A stretch of DNA of 64,000 nt from an uncultured Clostridium sp. (GTDB lineage: Bacteria > Bacillota > Clostridia > Oscillospirales > Oscillospiraceae), in contig CAJFVL010000002.1 in assembly GCA_904420465.1 (NCBI GenBank), positions 1,177-65,176 on the forward strand, read 5' to 3'. Position 1 is the first letter of the stretch, and each line of letters begins with the position of its first letter. Positions 18,410 to 28,802 of this stretch are shown one piece after another. The notes under the pieces are model-generated. The model saw only the letters and a list, made by a program, of their open reading frames with translations, was not told where the DNA came from and ran no database searches. A program made the translations under genes and the position numbers.

Positions 18410-21400
18410 ATGAGTAAACTGTCCTGCAAATTGTTCGGCGTCCCCAAAATTGAGAAGGACGGACAGAACGTTTTTCTCCCTTATGCCAAAGTGAATGCTC
18501 TTCTGTACTACCTCTTTGTCAACAAGGTGGTCAGCCGGGACGAGATCTCCGGGCTGCTCTGGCCCGACGAGAACGAGGAGAACGCAAAGAAAAACCTGCG
18601 CAACGCGGTCTATCAGGCCAAAAAGGCTCTGGCGGAGGACGTGATTATCTCCCCCAAAAAGTCCATCCTGATGCTCAACGAAGAATTGGATATCGAAATC
18701 GACGTGGACCGCTTTCTCCGTGATCCTCAGGAAAACATGTCCCTCTACGACGGGGATTTCCTTCAGGGCTTTTTCCTCAAGGACGCAGACACCTATGAGT
18801 ACTGGGTCACCAAGATGCGCAACTACTACAAGGACAAGTTTTCATCTGAGTGCTACCTGAAAATTGAGTCTGACATCCAGGCGCAGCGGTATGACCAGGT
18901 GGAGGACCGCATCCGCCAGCTGATGGAGCTGGACGAATATGACGAGCGCAACTACCGTCTGCTGATGCGCTTTTACCAGGACACCGGCCGCAATGGAAAG
19001 GTCATCGAAGTCTATTATGAACTGTCCAAGCTGCTGCGTCAAGAGCTTGGCATCGCCCCGGATGAACAGACCAAGGAGATCTACCAGCACTCCCTGGAGC
19101 AGATCCATATTCAGGAGACCAGCTCGGCCTCCCGGGACGACTCCTTCTTCTTTGGAAGGGTCCAGGAGATCGCCTCACTGGAAAAAGCGCTGAACGACTT
19201 CAAAAACCATAAGGGCGCCTGCCGCTCCCAGCTGATCGTGGGCGAGCCCGGCTCGGGCAAATCCACCGTTCTGCGCCGGCTTCTGCAGGGAGCCTCGGGG
19301 GATTTCTATGTGCTGGAGATCTCCGGACTTCAGATGGAACAGGATCTTCCCCTGCGGGCCTGGCGCGCTCCGGCCCGGGAGATTTACCGCTTGATCCGCC
19401 AGGACGGGCTGATTGCTCCCGGCCTGTGGCGTGATCTGATGTCGGCGGTGTTCCCCGATTTTCAGGAAAGCCTTCCCAGCCCCTCCTTCGTCTGTTCCGC
19501 CCAGTCCAGTCCGCCCATTTCCTTTCCCGCCGTCGTCCACATCATGGCCGAAGCCATCACCACCCTGGCCGCCCGCCGGCCTGTTCTGCTGGCCATTGAT
19601 GATATCCAATGGCTGGACGGAGACAGCCTTCGTCTGCTCACCTCGGTGCTGCTGGAGTCCGACCCCGCCCAGGTCATGCTGGTCGCCACTCGCAGCCGGG
19701 AACGCAGCCAGGCTCTGGAGTCGGCCATCAGCTCTCTGCAGCAGAAGGGCCGGCTGTCCATTCTTCCCCTGGAGCGGTTCACCATCGAGGCCTGCCACCA
19801 CTTTATTCAGGAGGCCCTCCCCGGCGAGGAGCTGCGGGGAGACACGCTGGAGCGCATTTATAACGAAACCGAAGGGAATCCCTTCTTTCTCAACGAATAC
19901 ATCGCCATGCGGCGGGCGGGCCAGGATTTCTCCTCCGCCTCCCCCGCTATGACGGAGCACCTGAAGGCCCGTTTCGCATACCTCTCACCCGAGGCTCTGA
20001 ATCTGGCTGTCGCGGTTTCCTTCTTTTACGGCGCAGTTCCCCTGTTCGTTCTTCAGCAGGTTATGAACCGGAGCGAGCGGGAGATCCTGGGGCCGCTGGA
20101 GCTGCTGAAAGACCGGGACATTTTGGCCGAGGAAAGCAGCGAGCAGGGACCGGCTGTCTCGTTCACTCACCCCAAGCTGCAGGAATACCTCTACAAGCTT
20201 CAGCCTGAATCCCGCAGAACCTTTCTGCATCAGGAAATCGGCCTGTTTCTGGAGGGGCAGCTGAACAGCGGCCGCCGGGACAGCAAGCTGTATCCCCAGC
20301 TGATTTACCACTTCTCCGCCTCGGGCAACCTGCTCAAGGCACTGCGCTACCGGATCGACAGTCTGAACTACCACCTCACCTTCAGCCACGCGATCTTCCC
20401 CATATTGTCAAACACCGAAATCGACCCGGAGTCCACCCTCTACATTTCCCGGGACAAAATCGACGCCCTGTTTCAGAACCTGGAATCCGACCTGCAGCAT
20501 GTGCAGCATTCCGTCCCCCGCTCCCAGGAGCTGGAGCTGCTGGAGCTGAAGTTTTTCTATATGCGCGGCCGCTACCTCATTCTGGAGGGCCAGTATGAGA
20601 CGGGCGTCAATGATATCAATTACGCCATCGAAAAATCCAAGCAGCTCGGCAGCTCCGCTTACACACTGGAGTGCTACAAGCAGCTGCTCTTCTATTACAT
20701 CCAGATTGACGCCCCCCGGGAGATGGCGGAGTATATTGAGCTGGCCCTGAACCTGGCCGTCCGGAACAACGATCACAAGGAGATCGGCGTGATGCTGCGC
20801 CTGAAGGGCCTGTACTACATGCTGACGGGAAGCTATGACCAGGCGGAGCGGATGCTGACCGGCTCCATCGACACCCTGTCCGTCACCGAGGAGCTGGCCA
20901 AGCGCTATGCCATCAACATTGCCGCCGCCTATAACTACATCGGCGAAATCCGACAGGCCCGGGAAGATTATTCCGGCGCCCTGACCCTGTTCCGCAAGGC
21001 AGTCTCTCTGTGTCCCAAGGGCGCGCTGTCCGGCCTGTCTGTCTTTTACATCAACATTGGAAAGACCTGCTATTTCCTCTCCGACTTTGCCGGCGCCCGG
21101 GAATACTTTGAAAAGGCCTACTCCCTGTATGGACAGTTTGATTCCTTCTGGAAGCGGCCCATTCTGGACTCCTACACGGCGCTTACCTTGGTGGAAGAGG
21201 GAGACTTCCAGCAGGCTCTGACCTATCTCAACAATGCCCGCACCCACATGGAACGGATGAAAAACCCCAGCGATCTGGGTACCGTCTATTTCGTGGAGGC
21301 CTTGATCCGCCATAAGGCCGAGGGAAATCCCGACCTGGACAGCGTATTCCGCCCGCAGCTCAGTGACAGTGCGGAACACTACTACTCTCTGGCTCTGAAG

Positions 21401-21472
21401 CACCTCAACCGGCACCTGGATGTGTACGAGACCAACCGCCTGCACCAGATCTTTGACACGGATGATGACTGA
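18410..21472 (+). CDS. Large SARP/BTAD-AAA(NTPase)-TPR transcriptional activator
   Basis: N-terminal winged HTH (LLYYL..SRDE...LLWP...AKKNLRNA), BTAD region, Walker A GEPGSGKST, Walker B LAIDDIQW, EGNPFF, and C-terminal TPR-like repeats. Confidence 0.88.
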   Translation: MSKLSCKLFGVPKIEKDGQNVFLPYAKVNALLYYLFVNKVVSRDEISGLLWPDENEENAKKNLRNAVYQAKKALAEDVIISPKKSILMLNEELDIEIDVDRFLRDPQENMSLYDGDFLQGFFLKDADTYEYWVTKMRNYYKDKFSSECYLKIESDIQAQRYDQVEDRIRQLMELDEYDERNYRLLMRFYQDTGRNGKVIEVYYELSKLLRQELGIAPDEQTKEIYQHSLEQIHIQETSSASRDDSFFFGRVQEIASLEKALNDFKNHKGACRSQLIVGEPGSGKSTVLRRLLQGASGDFYVLEISGLQMEQDLPLRAWRAPAREIYRLIRQDGLIAPGLWRDLMSAVFPDFQESLPSPSFVCSAQSSPPISFPAVVHIMAEAITTLAARRPVLLAIDDIQWLDGDSLRLLTSVLLESDPAQVMLVATRSRERSQALESAISSLQQKGRLSILPLERFTIEACHHFIQEALPGEELRGDTLERIYNETEGNPFFLNEYIAMRRAGQDFSSASPAMTEHLKARFAYLSPEALNLAVAVSFFYGAVPLFVLQQVMNRSEREILGPLELLKDRDILAEESSEQGPAVSFTHPKLQEYLYKLQPESRRTFLHQEIGLFLEGQLNSGRRDSKLYPQLIYHFSASGNLLKALRYRIDSLNYHLTFSHAIFPILSNTEIDPESTLYISRDKIDALFQNLESDLQHVQHSVPRSQELELLELKFFYMRGRYLILEGQYETGVNDINYAIEKSKQLGSSAYTLECYKQLLFYYIQIDAPREMAEYIELALNLAVRNNDHKEIGVMLRLKGLYYMLTGSYDQAERMLTGSIDTLSVTEELAKRYAINIAAAYNYIGEIRQAREDYSGALTLFRKAVSLCPKGALSGLSVFYINIGKTCYFLSDFAGAREYFEKAYSLYGQFDSFWKRPILDSYTALTLVEEGDFQQALTYLNNARTHMERMKNPSDLGTVYFVEALIRHKAEGNPDLDSVFRPQLSDSAEHYYSLALKHLNRHLDVYETNRLHQIFDTDDD

Positions 21473-21505
21473 TTATCCCCGCCCCCTTCCGGCAGCAGCG
21501 CATGG

Positions 21506-21550
21506 AAACACCCCGCAGCGCCTTGCATCAGGCGCTGCGGGGTGTTTTTT
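21506..21550. terminator. Intrinsic terminator between convergent regulator and etfA
   Basis: AAACACCCCGCAGCGCCT/AGGCGCTGCGGGGTGTTT stem plus T tract. Confidence 0.85.
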
Positions 21551-21575
21551 CTGTCAGACGCGCGGAGAAAACGGC

Positions 21576-22571
21576 TCAGCGGGAAGCAAAGACCTTCTGG
21601 AACTCCTCGATCATCACGGGGATGACCTTGTAGAGGTCGCCCACGATGCCGTAGTTGGCCACGTTGAAGATGGGAGCCTCCTCATCCTTGTTGATGGCGA
21701 TGATGACGTCAGAGGTTTTCATGCCGGCCAGGTGCTGCAGAGCGCCGGAAATGCCGCAGGCGATATACAGCTTGGGACCCACGGTCTTGCCGGTCTGGCC
21801 CACCTGGTGCTCGTAGGGAATCCAGCCGGCGTCCACGGCGGCGCGGGAGGCGCCCACGGCGGCATGGAGGGTATCGGCAAACTGGCGGATCAGGTCGAAG
21901 CCGCTGGCATCTCCCAGACCGCGGCCGCCGGAGACAATGATCTGGGCGTCGGTCAGGCTGATCTCGCCGCCGGCCTTGGCCAGAATCTCCCGCACCTGGG
22001 CGCGGATCTTGTCCTCCTCCGTCTCAGCGGCCACCGCCACGACCTCGCCGCTCCGGGAGGCGTCGGGCTCAGCCTTGGACAGGGCGTTGGGCCGGATGGT
22101 GCACATGGCGGGCTTCTTCTGGAACACCACGTCGGCCATGATGTTGCCGCCGTACATGGGGCGGGTGGCTACCAGCTCGCCGTCCTCCAGGCTCAGCGCC
22201 ACACAGTCGGCGGCCAGGCCGGCCTCCAGACGGCTGGCCAGACGGCCGGCCAGATCGCGGCCGTTGGTGGTGGCGGCCAGAAGCAGGATGGCGGGCTCAT
22301 TCTCCTTGACCAGCTCCTCCATCACGCCGCAGTAGCTCTCAGTGCGGTAATTCTTCAGCTTCTCATCATCACAGACATAGACCTTGTCCGCCCCATAGGC
22401 AAAGGCGTCCTTGGCCATGTCCTGGACCTGGCTGCCCAGCAGGACAGCGGCCACCTCGCCGGACAGCTGGTCGGCCAGCTTCCTGGCCTCGCTGAGCATC
22501 TCATAGGAGACCCCGGCAATTTTCCCGTCGGCCTGCTCCATGCAGACCCAAACGCTATTCTTGTTCGACAT
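21576..22571 (-). CDS. etfA: Electron transfer flavoprotein alpha subunit
   Basis: [24 protein letters not shown] and [14 protein letters not shown] motifs. Confidence 0.95.
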   Translation of the reverse strand: MSNKNSVWVCMEQADGKIAGVSYEMLSEARKLADQLSGEVAAVLLGSQVQDMAKDAFAYGADKVYVCDDEKLKNYRTESYCGVMEELVKENEPAILLLAATTNGRDLAGRLASRLEAGLAADCVALSLEDGELVATRPMYGGNIMADVVFQKKPAMCTIRPNALSKAEPDASRSGEVVAVAAETEEDKIRAQVREILAKAGGEISLTDAQIIVSGGRGLGDASGFDLIRQFADTLHAAVGASRAAVDAGWIPYEHQVGQTGKTVGPKLYIACGISGALQHLAGMKTSDVIIAINKDEEAPIFNVANYGIVGDLYKVIPVMIEEFQKVFASR

Positions 22572-22588
22572 GTTACTGCTCCCCCTTA

Positions 22589-23374
22589 TCAGACGATCTT
22601 CTGCTCAACGAGCTTCTGGACGGCGGTCTTGCCGATCTCTTCCGCCTCTCCCTTGATCAGCTCGCCGCTCTGGCGGGGAGCGGGGGTGTAGAGCTTCTTG
22701 ATCTTGGAGGGAGAGTTCTGGCCCACCTTGGACACATCGGCGCCGATGGCGGCGCAGTCCAGCACAGGGATCTCCATGCGGTTGGCCATACGGGTGCGCT
22801 TCAGGGTGGGGTAGCGGGGCTCGTTCAGGGACTTCTCACAGGTCAGTACGACAGGCAGCTTGGCCTCCACCACCTCTTCGCCGGTGGGGGTGACCCGCTT
22901 GGCGGTCAGGCTCTCTCCGGTGACCTCCCGGATCTCGTTCACATAGGTGATCTGGGAGACGCCCAGCTGCTCGGCCAGCCCGGGGCCGACCTGGCCGGCG
23001 TCATCGTCGATGGCCTGCTTGCCGCACAGAATGACGTCAAACTGGCCGATGGACTGAATCGCCTTGGCCAGGGTGTAGGCGGTGGCAAAGGTGTCGGAAT
23101 CCTCCAGAGCGGGGTCGCTGACCAGATAGGCCTTGGCGGCTCCCATGGACAGAGCAATGCGCAGGGAAGTCTTGCAGGCATCGTCGCCCACGGTGATGAC
23201 GCTGACCTCGCCGCCCTGCTCCTCAGCCAGCTTCAGGCCGGCCTCCACCGCGTTCAGGTCGAAGGGGCTGACCATGGTCTCCACGCCTTCCTTCACAACC
23301 CGGCCGGTGGCGGGGTCCAGCTTGGGCACCACCGAGTTATCCGGCACCTGCTTGATACATACCATGATATTCAT
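22589..23374 (-). CDS. etfB: Electron transfer flavoprotein beta subunit
   Basis: VCIKQVPD, CGKQAID.D..QVGP and NEPRYP motifs. Confidence 0.95.
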   Translation of the reverse strand: MNIMVCIKQVPDNSVVPKLDPATGRVVKEGVETMVSPFDLNAVEAGLKLAEEQGGEVSVITVGDDACKTSLRIALSMGAAKAYLVSDPALEDSDTFATAYTLAKAIQSIGQFDVILCGKQAIDDDAGQVGPGLAEQLGVSQITYVNEIREVTGESLTAKRVTPTGEEVVEAKLPVVLTCEKSLNEPRYPTLKRTRMANRMEIPVLDCAAIGADVSKVGQNSPSKIKKLYTPAPRQSGELIKGEAEEIGKTAVQKLVEQKIV

Positions 23375-23526
23375 GTGTTTTCCTCCTAACGGCGCGCCGG
23401 GTGCTTCTCCGGGCGCGCGGCGAATATTTCAAAGGATATGGGCAAATCCTGCACCACCAAGATTTGCCCATATTTCCGCTGGGTCAAATGTACACAGAGC
23501 TCACGCCCTGGGACCGGGGTTTGGAA

Positions 23527-24663
23527 TCAGTGCAGCAGCTGGCCGGCGATGACGATCTTCTGGACCTGAGAGGTGCCCTCGAAGAGCTCGGTGATACGCT
23601 GGTCGCGGTAGATCCGCTCGATGGCGTACTCCTTCATGTAGCCGTAACCGCCGTGGATCTGCAGGGCGGTGTCCACCACCTTGTGGGAGGCCTCAGCGGC
23701 GAAGAGCTTGGCCATGGCGGCCTGCTTGGTGAAGGGAACGCCCTGCTCCTTCAGGTCGGCGGCATAGTAGGTGAGCATCCGGGCGGCCTCCAGCTGGGTG
23801 GCGGCGTCGGCCAGCATCCACTGGATGCCCTGGAACTTGGAGATGGGGCGCTTGAACACCTCGCGCTCCTTGGAGTACTTGATGGCCAGATCCAGAGCGG
23901 CCTGGCCGATGCCCACGGCCATGGCGGCGATGCCGATACGGCCGCGGTCCACCACGTCCAGAGCCAGACGATAGCCGCCGTTCAGCTTGCCCACCATGTT
24001 CTCCTTGGGAACGCGGCAGTCCTCAAAGACGATCTCGGCGGTGCGGGCGCCGCGGATGCCCATCTTGTTGTCCTCGGAGGCGATCTTCATGCCGGGAGTG
24101 CCCTTCTCCACCACAAAGCAGGTCATGCCGTGCTTGGGGTCCTCCTTGTTGGTGATGGCAAAGCAGCACAGGAAGTCGCAGTGGGCGCCGCCGGTGATGA
24201 AGTGCTTGACGCCGTTGATCACATAGCTGTCCCCGTCCTCCACGGCGGTGGTCTTGTTGGAGGTCATGTCGGAGCCGCCGGCGGGCTCGGTGAGGCAGAA
24301 GGCGGCGTACTTCTCGCCCTCCAGGGCGGGCCGCAGCCACTTCTCCTTCTGCTCGGGAGTGCCGGCCAGATACAGGGCGTCAAAGCCCAGGTAGTGGCCG
24401 GTGATGATGGAGCCGGTGGCCGCGCAGGCGGCGGAGATCTCTTCCATGGCGATGGCCTCGGAGATGGCGTCATAGCCGGCGCCGCCCAGCTCCTCGGGAT
24501 AGGCCAGACCCATCAGGTCCTGCTCGCCCAGCGCCTTGATGGTCTCGGTGGGGAAGCGGTTGTTCACGTCGATCTCCTCAGCCTTGGGAGCCAGATAGCT
24601 CTGGGCCCACTCGCGGACGGCGCGGCGGAGTGCGATTTGGTCCTCGGTATACTTGAATTCCAT
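23527..24663 (-). CDS. Acyl-CoA dehydrogenase (divergent substrate pocket)
   Basis: FCLTEP.GGSD, NGVKHFIT, KMGIRG, GRIGIA, QIHGGYGY and FEGTSQVQ motifs. Confidence 0.93.
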   Translation of the reverse strand: MEFKYTEDQIALRRAVREWAQSYLAPKAEEIDVNNRFPTETIKALGEQDLMGLAYPEELGGAGYDAISEAIAMEEISAACAATGSIITGHYLGFDALYLAGTPEQKEKWLRPALEGEKYAAFCLTEPAGGSDMTSNKTTAVEDGDSYVINGVKHFITGGAHCDFLCCFAITNKEDPKHGMTCFVVEKGTPGMKIASEDNKMGIRGARTAEIVFEDCRVPKENMVGKLNGGYRLALDVVDRGRIGIAAMAVGIGQAALDLAIKYSKEREVFKRPISKFQGIQWMLADAATQLEAARMLTYYAADLKEQGVPFTKQAAMAKLFAAEASHKVVDTALQIHGGYGYMKEYAIERIYRDQRITELFEGTSQVQKIVIAGQLLH

Positions 24664-24710
24664 GGTAAAGTTCCTCCTAAAAAATCATCGAATTATAGTT
24701 GATGGGGGAC

Positions 24711-25892
24711 TTAAAAAACCTTTTCCTCTTCCCACTTGGCAATCTGCTCGTCGGTGAAGCCAAAGACCTCACAGAGCACCTCGTGGGTATCCTGCCCGAG
24801 CAGGGGGGCTGGATGTTTGGGATCGGCCGGGGTCTCAGACAGCTTGATGGGGTTGCCGGTAATCTTCAGCTTGCCGGCGCCGGGCTGGTCAATTTCCACC
24901 AGCATCTCCCGGGCCTGAATGCTGGGATTGGCACAGGCCTCCTCCACGGTGCACAGAGGTCCGCAGGGGATGGAGCGCGCCTGCATCATCTCCATGGCCT
25001 GGGCCACGGTGTAATCGGCCAGGAACTTCTCCAGAATGGCCTTGAGCTCCACATCGTTCTCAGACCGGTGGGGATCAGAGTCAAACTTGGGGTCTTTGAT
25101 CAGGTCGGGCTGGCCGATCATCTCGCACAGCTTGGCGAAGTGATGGTCGCTGGCCACGGCGATGACAACATAGGCGTCCTTGCAGCGGTAGATATCGAAG
25201 GGGGCGCTGAGAGGATGCCGGGCGCCCACCCGGGTGGGATGCACGCCGCCGATGGTGTAGCGGACCACATTGGTCTCCAGGAAGGAGAACACGCTGTCCA
25301 GCATGGCAATGTCCACATACTGGCCCACGCCGGTTCTCTCCCGGTTGTACAGGGCCAGCATGATGCCGGTGACGGCAAACAGGCCGGCACTGACGTCGCC
25401 CAGAGAGCTGCCCACTCGGGCGGGCGGGGTATCCGGATAGCCGGTGATGCTCATCATGCCGGACATGGCCTGCGCCACGATGTCGTAGGCGGGCAGGTCC
25501 CGCATGGGGCTGTCCTGGCCGAAGCCGGAGATGGAGCAGTAAATGATCTTGGGATTGATCTCCTTGAGCCTGTCATAGGAGTAGCCCAGCTTCTCCATAA
25601 CGCCTGGCTTGAAGTTCTCCACCACGATATCACAGCTCTTCACCATCTCATAGATGATGTCGCGGCCCTTCTTCAGATCCAGGGTAATGCCTTTCTTGCC
25701 CCGGTTGACCAGCGTATAATAGCCGCTCTGTCCATTGATAAAGGGGCCGAAGATACGGCTGCCCTCGCCCACGCCGGGGCGCTCAATCTTGATGACCTCC
25801 GCGCCGAAGTCGGCCAGATTCATGGTACAAAACGGGCCGGCCAGAACCTGGGAAAAGTCCAGGACGCGAATTCCGCTTAGCACTTTGTTCAT
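24711..25892 (-). CDS. Family III CoA-transferase (CaiB/BaiF)
   Basis: VLDFSQVLAGP, DFGAEVIKIE, NRGKK, ENFKPG, YD..AQA.SG, catalytic GD and APLLG motifs. Confidence 0.95.
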   Translation of the reverse strand: MNKVLSGIRVLDFSQVLAGPFCTMNLADFGAEVIKIERPGVGEGSRIFGPFINGQSGYYTLVNRGKKGITLDLKKGRDIIYEMVKSCDIVVENFKPGVMEKLGYSYDRLKEINPKIIYCSISGFGQDSPMRDLPAYDIVAQAMSGMMSITGYPDTPPARVGSSLGDVSAGLFAVTGIMLALYNRERTGVGQYVDIAMLDSVFSFLETNVVRYTIGGVHPTRVGARHPLSAPFDIYRCKDAYVVIAVASDHHFAKLCEMIGQPDLIKDPKFDSDPHRSENDVELKAILEKFLADYTVAQAMEMMQARSIPCGPLCTVEEACANPSIQAREMLVEIDQPGAGKLKITGNPIKLSETPADPKHPAPLLGQDTHEVLCEVFGFTDEQIAKWEEEKVF

Positions 25893-25958
25893 TTTAAAAA
25901 ACACCTCGTAATACGCTTGCTCAGAAATGGAACTGTATGCCTGGGGCCTGCGCTTCGA

Positions 25959-27341
25959 TCAGAAGGGGATAATGAAGTGGATCACGACGGCCAGCATGGG
26001 AATCGCCAAAATGGTCCGGATGAGGAACACCAGGATCAGCTGCCAGAAGCCCAGAGGAATGTCGGACTCCATGATGGCGTTGGCACTCTCGGTAAAGAAG
26101 ATGACCTGCACGGTGGACAGCACCACCACAAAGAAGGCGGCGGCAGTGGTCACACCCTGGTCCGCAATGACCATGACGGGCATGGCAATCTCGGAGATGC
26201 CCACGATACAGGCGGGGGCAATGGTGGCAGCGTCAGGAATGCCGAACAGGGTCAGAATGGGCACAAAGGGGACGCCCAGCCAGTCAAACACCGGGGTGTA
26301 GGTGCCCAGAATCAGGGCCACGGTGGCCACGGAGGTCACATAAGCGCTGGTCTTGACCGCGAAGAAGCACGCCTCCACAATGCCGTCGATGACCATCTTG
26401 AAGTTGCCCTGGTCGGCAGTCTCAATCGCCTCGTCCCAGGCGCGCTTGATCAGGCTGCGGCCGTCGTTCACCTTTTTGTCGCCGGTAAAGGGGGTCCCAT
26501 CCACAAACTCGTTGGGGATCAGGGACAGGGGCGGAATGCGGGAGGTGATGATGGGCATGATGAAGCAGATGGCAAAGGAGGTGATGACGGTCAGGCCGTA
26601 ATACTCCGGGATACCGGCAATCTCACACAGCAGGGCAAAGAAGCCCAGGGAGCATATTGTGAAGTTGGCGGCGATAATGGACACGTCCCGCTTGGTATAC
26701 AGCTTGTTCAGATAGATCTTGTTGGCCATGAACACATCCACGGCGGCGGAGCAGGCCACGGAGGTAGCGGCGTCCATGGCGGCGTAGCCGGGCAGGCGGT
26801 ACAGGGGACGCATCAGAGGCTCGATCAGAATGCCCACAAACTGCAGTATGCCGAAGTTGGCAATGCAGGTGACGAACATGCCGGCAATCAGCACGGTGAA
26901 CAGCACGTCCCGGGCCAGGCCCAGAGCCATCCCGCCGGTATCAGCGGACAGCAGCCATTCAGGACCAATGTTCAGGAAAATCAGGATGCCGAATACGGCG
27001 CCCATCACATAGAGCACCTTGCTGACAATGCCGTCCTTGCCCAGATACTTCTCCAGGAACGGAACCTTATGGGCAAAGGGGGTGGCGGCCAGCAGCAGAA
27101 TGTTGAAAATAACTGTCAGGGCCAGTCCGGCGTTTCCAAGGCCGTCCGACACAGTGTCAATACACCACATCAGGGGCGCCTGTCCGTCGATCAGGGGGAT
27201 AAAGAAGAAGATAATGCCGAACGCAGACATCAGGAACAGCTTGGCAACCGCAGTGCCGAAGTTCTTGATCTCAACCTTGTGGGGTGTAAACTCCGCGCTG
27301 ATCTCCTCTTCTACCTGGTTGGTGATTTTTTCCTCGTTCAT
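25959..27341 (-). CDS. YjiH-family (Gate/nucleoside-recognition domain) membrane transporter
   Basis: About 11 TM segments with FVG....PLMRPLY.LPG.AA.D, YT.R...II..NF and TPVFDWLG.PF.P motifs. Confidence 0.8.
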   Translation of the reverse strand: MNEEKITNQVEEEISAEFTPHKVEIKNFGTAVAKLFLMSAFGIIFFFIPLIDGQAPLMWCIDTVSDGLGNAGLALTVIFNILLLAATPFAHKVPFLEKYLGKDGIVSKVLYVMGAVFGILIFLNIGPEWLLSADTGGMALGLARDVLFTVLIAGMFVTCIANFGILQFVGILIEPLMRPLYRLPGYAAMDAATSVACSAAVDVFMANKIYLNKLYTKRDVSIIAANFTICSLGFFALLCEIAGIPEYYGLTVITSFAICFIMPIITSRIPPLSLIPNEFVDGTPFTGDKKVNDGRSLIKRAWDEAIETADQGNFKMVIDGIVEACFFAVKTSAYVTSVATVALILGTYTPVFDWLGVPFVPILTLFGIPDAATIAPACIVGISEIAMPVMVIADQGVTTAAAFFVVVLSTVQVIFFTESANAIMESDIPLGFWQLILVFLIRTILAIPMLAVVIHFIIPF

Positions 27342-27662
27342 CTGGGTATCCCTCCTATTATGAAATGGGTCTCTTCTCCTATCTCCACTCCTCCGTCGCG
27401 GTATCCCCCATTACAAGAGCCGGGGGAAATAGGGCACACCGTGGGGACGAGAATAGGAACGCGATCTTCCAACCGGCGGATACCCGGCCCGGCCAGCCCC
27501 TCCGAGGCCGGCCGCGGGGCCGGGAAACAGGTTCCGTCCGGCGATGTCGGTTTGCTGATACGCTTCTGTGGGCCGGGCGGGGCTTTGCAGCCCGGCTGCA
27601 CGCAGGAGCGGAGCGGCAGCAGACACATTCTGGGGAGCGGGGGGGCCGCCCCTTTTTTCTCC

Positions 27663-28802
27663 TTACCGCAGCAGGCTGCGGGAGATGACCATCCGCTGCA
27701 CCTCGCTGGTGCCCTCATAGATCTGGGTGATCTTGGCGTCACGCATCATGCGCTCCACGGGATACTCGCGGGTGTAGCCATAGCCGCCCAGCAGCTGGAC
27801 GCACTGGGTGGTGACCCGCATGGCGGTCTCAGCGGCGAAGAGCTTGGCGTGGGCGGACTCCACCGAGTAGGGCAGGTGGTTGTCCTTGGCCCAGGCGGCG
27901 CGGTAAACCAGCAGCCGGGCAGCCTCGATCTGGTTGGCCAGGTCGGCAATGACAAACTGGGTGTTCTGGAAGGCGGACAGAGGCTTGCCGAACTGCTCGC
28001 GGACCTTCACATAGGCGACAGCCTCGTTCAGCGCGCCCTGGGCGATGCCCAGCGCCTGGGCCGCGATGCCGATGCGGCCGCCGTCCAGGGTGTGCATGGC
28101 CACCTTGAAGCCCTCGCCTTCCTTGCCCAGCAGGTTCTCCTCGGGGACAATGCAGTCCTCAAAGACCAGGCTGGCGGTGGCGGAGCCGCGGATGCCCATC
28201 TTCTTCTCGTGCTTTCCGATGGAGAAGCCCTCGAAGCCATCCTCCACGATAAAGGCGGAGATACCGTGGTTGCCCTTTTCCTTGTCGGTCATGGCCATGA
28301 CCACATAGATCTTGGCCTCGCCGGCATTGGTGATAAAGCACTTGGAGCCGTTGAGGACGTAGTGGTCGCCCTTCTTCACGGCGGTGGTCTTTTGACGGGA
28401 GGCGTCGGTGCCGGCGTTGGGCTCGGTCAGGCCGAAGGCGCCCAGGCACTCGCCGCTGGCCAGGGGGACCAGGTACTTCTGCTTCTGCTCCTCGGTGCCC
28501 CAGTCATAAATGGGGGCGGAGCCCAGGGAGGTGTGGGCAGAGAGGGTAACACCAGTCGAGGCACAGACCTTGGACAGCTCCTCCACCGCGATGACATAGG
28601 AGAGGTAGTCGCCTTCCTCGCCGCCGTACTCCTCGGGCCAGGGAATACCCAGCATGCCGTTCTCGGCCATCTTCTCCACGCTCTCCTTGGGGAAGCGCTC
28701 ATTCTCGTCGATCTCCTCGGCTAAGGGCTTGATCTCCTTCTCCGCGAAGTCCCGATACATTTTTTGGATCATCTTGTATTCTTCATTAAATCCAAAATCC
28801 AT
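27663..28802 (-). CDS. bcd: Acyl-CoA dehydrogenase, butyryl-CoA dehydrogenase-like
   Basis: [39 protein letters not shown] and [14 protein letters not shown], all typical of clostridial Bcd. Confidence 0.8.
   Translation of the reverse strand: MDFGFNEEYKMIQKMYRDFAEKEIKPLAEEIDENERFPKESVEKMAENGMLGIPWPEEYGGEEGDYLSYVIAVEELSKVCASTGVTLSAHTSLGSAPIYDWGTEEQKQKYLVPLASGECLGAFGLTEPNAGTDASRQKTTAVKKGDHYVLNGSKCFITNAGEAKIYVVMAMTDKEKGNHGISAFIVEDGFEGFSIGKHEKKMGIRGSATASLVFEDCIVPEENLLGKEGEGFKVAMHTLDGGRIGIAAQALGIAQGALNEAVAYVKVREQFGKPLSAFQNTQFVIADLANQIEAARLLVYRAAWAKDNHLPYSVESAHAKLFAAETAMRVTTQCVQLLGGYGYTREYPVERMMRDAKITQIYEGTSEVQRMVISRSLLR

Noticed and set aside
27342-27662. 320-bp GC-rich gap inside the ACAD operon as a riboswitch or small CDS
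   Set aside because: No known motif recognised, and the overlapping ORFs have atypical composition.
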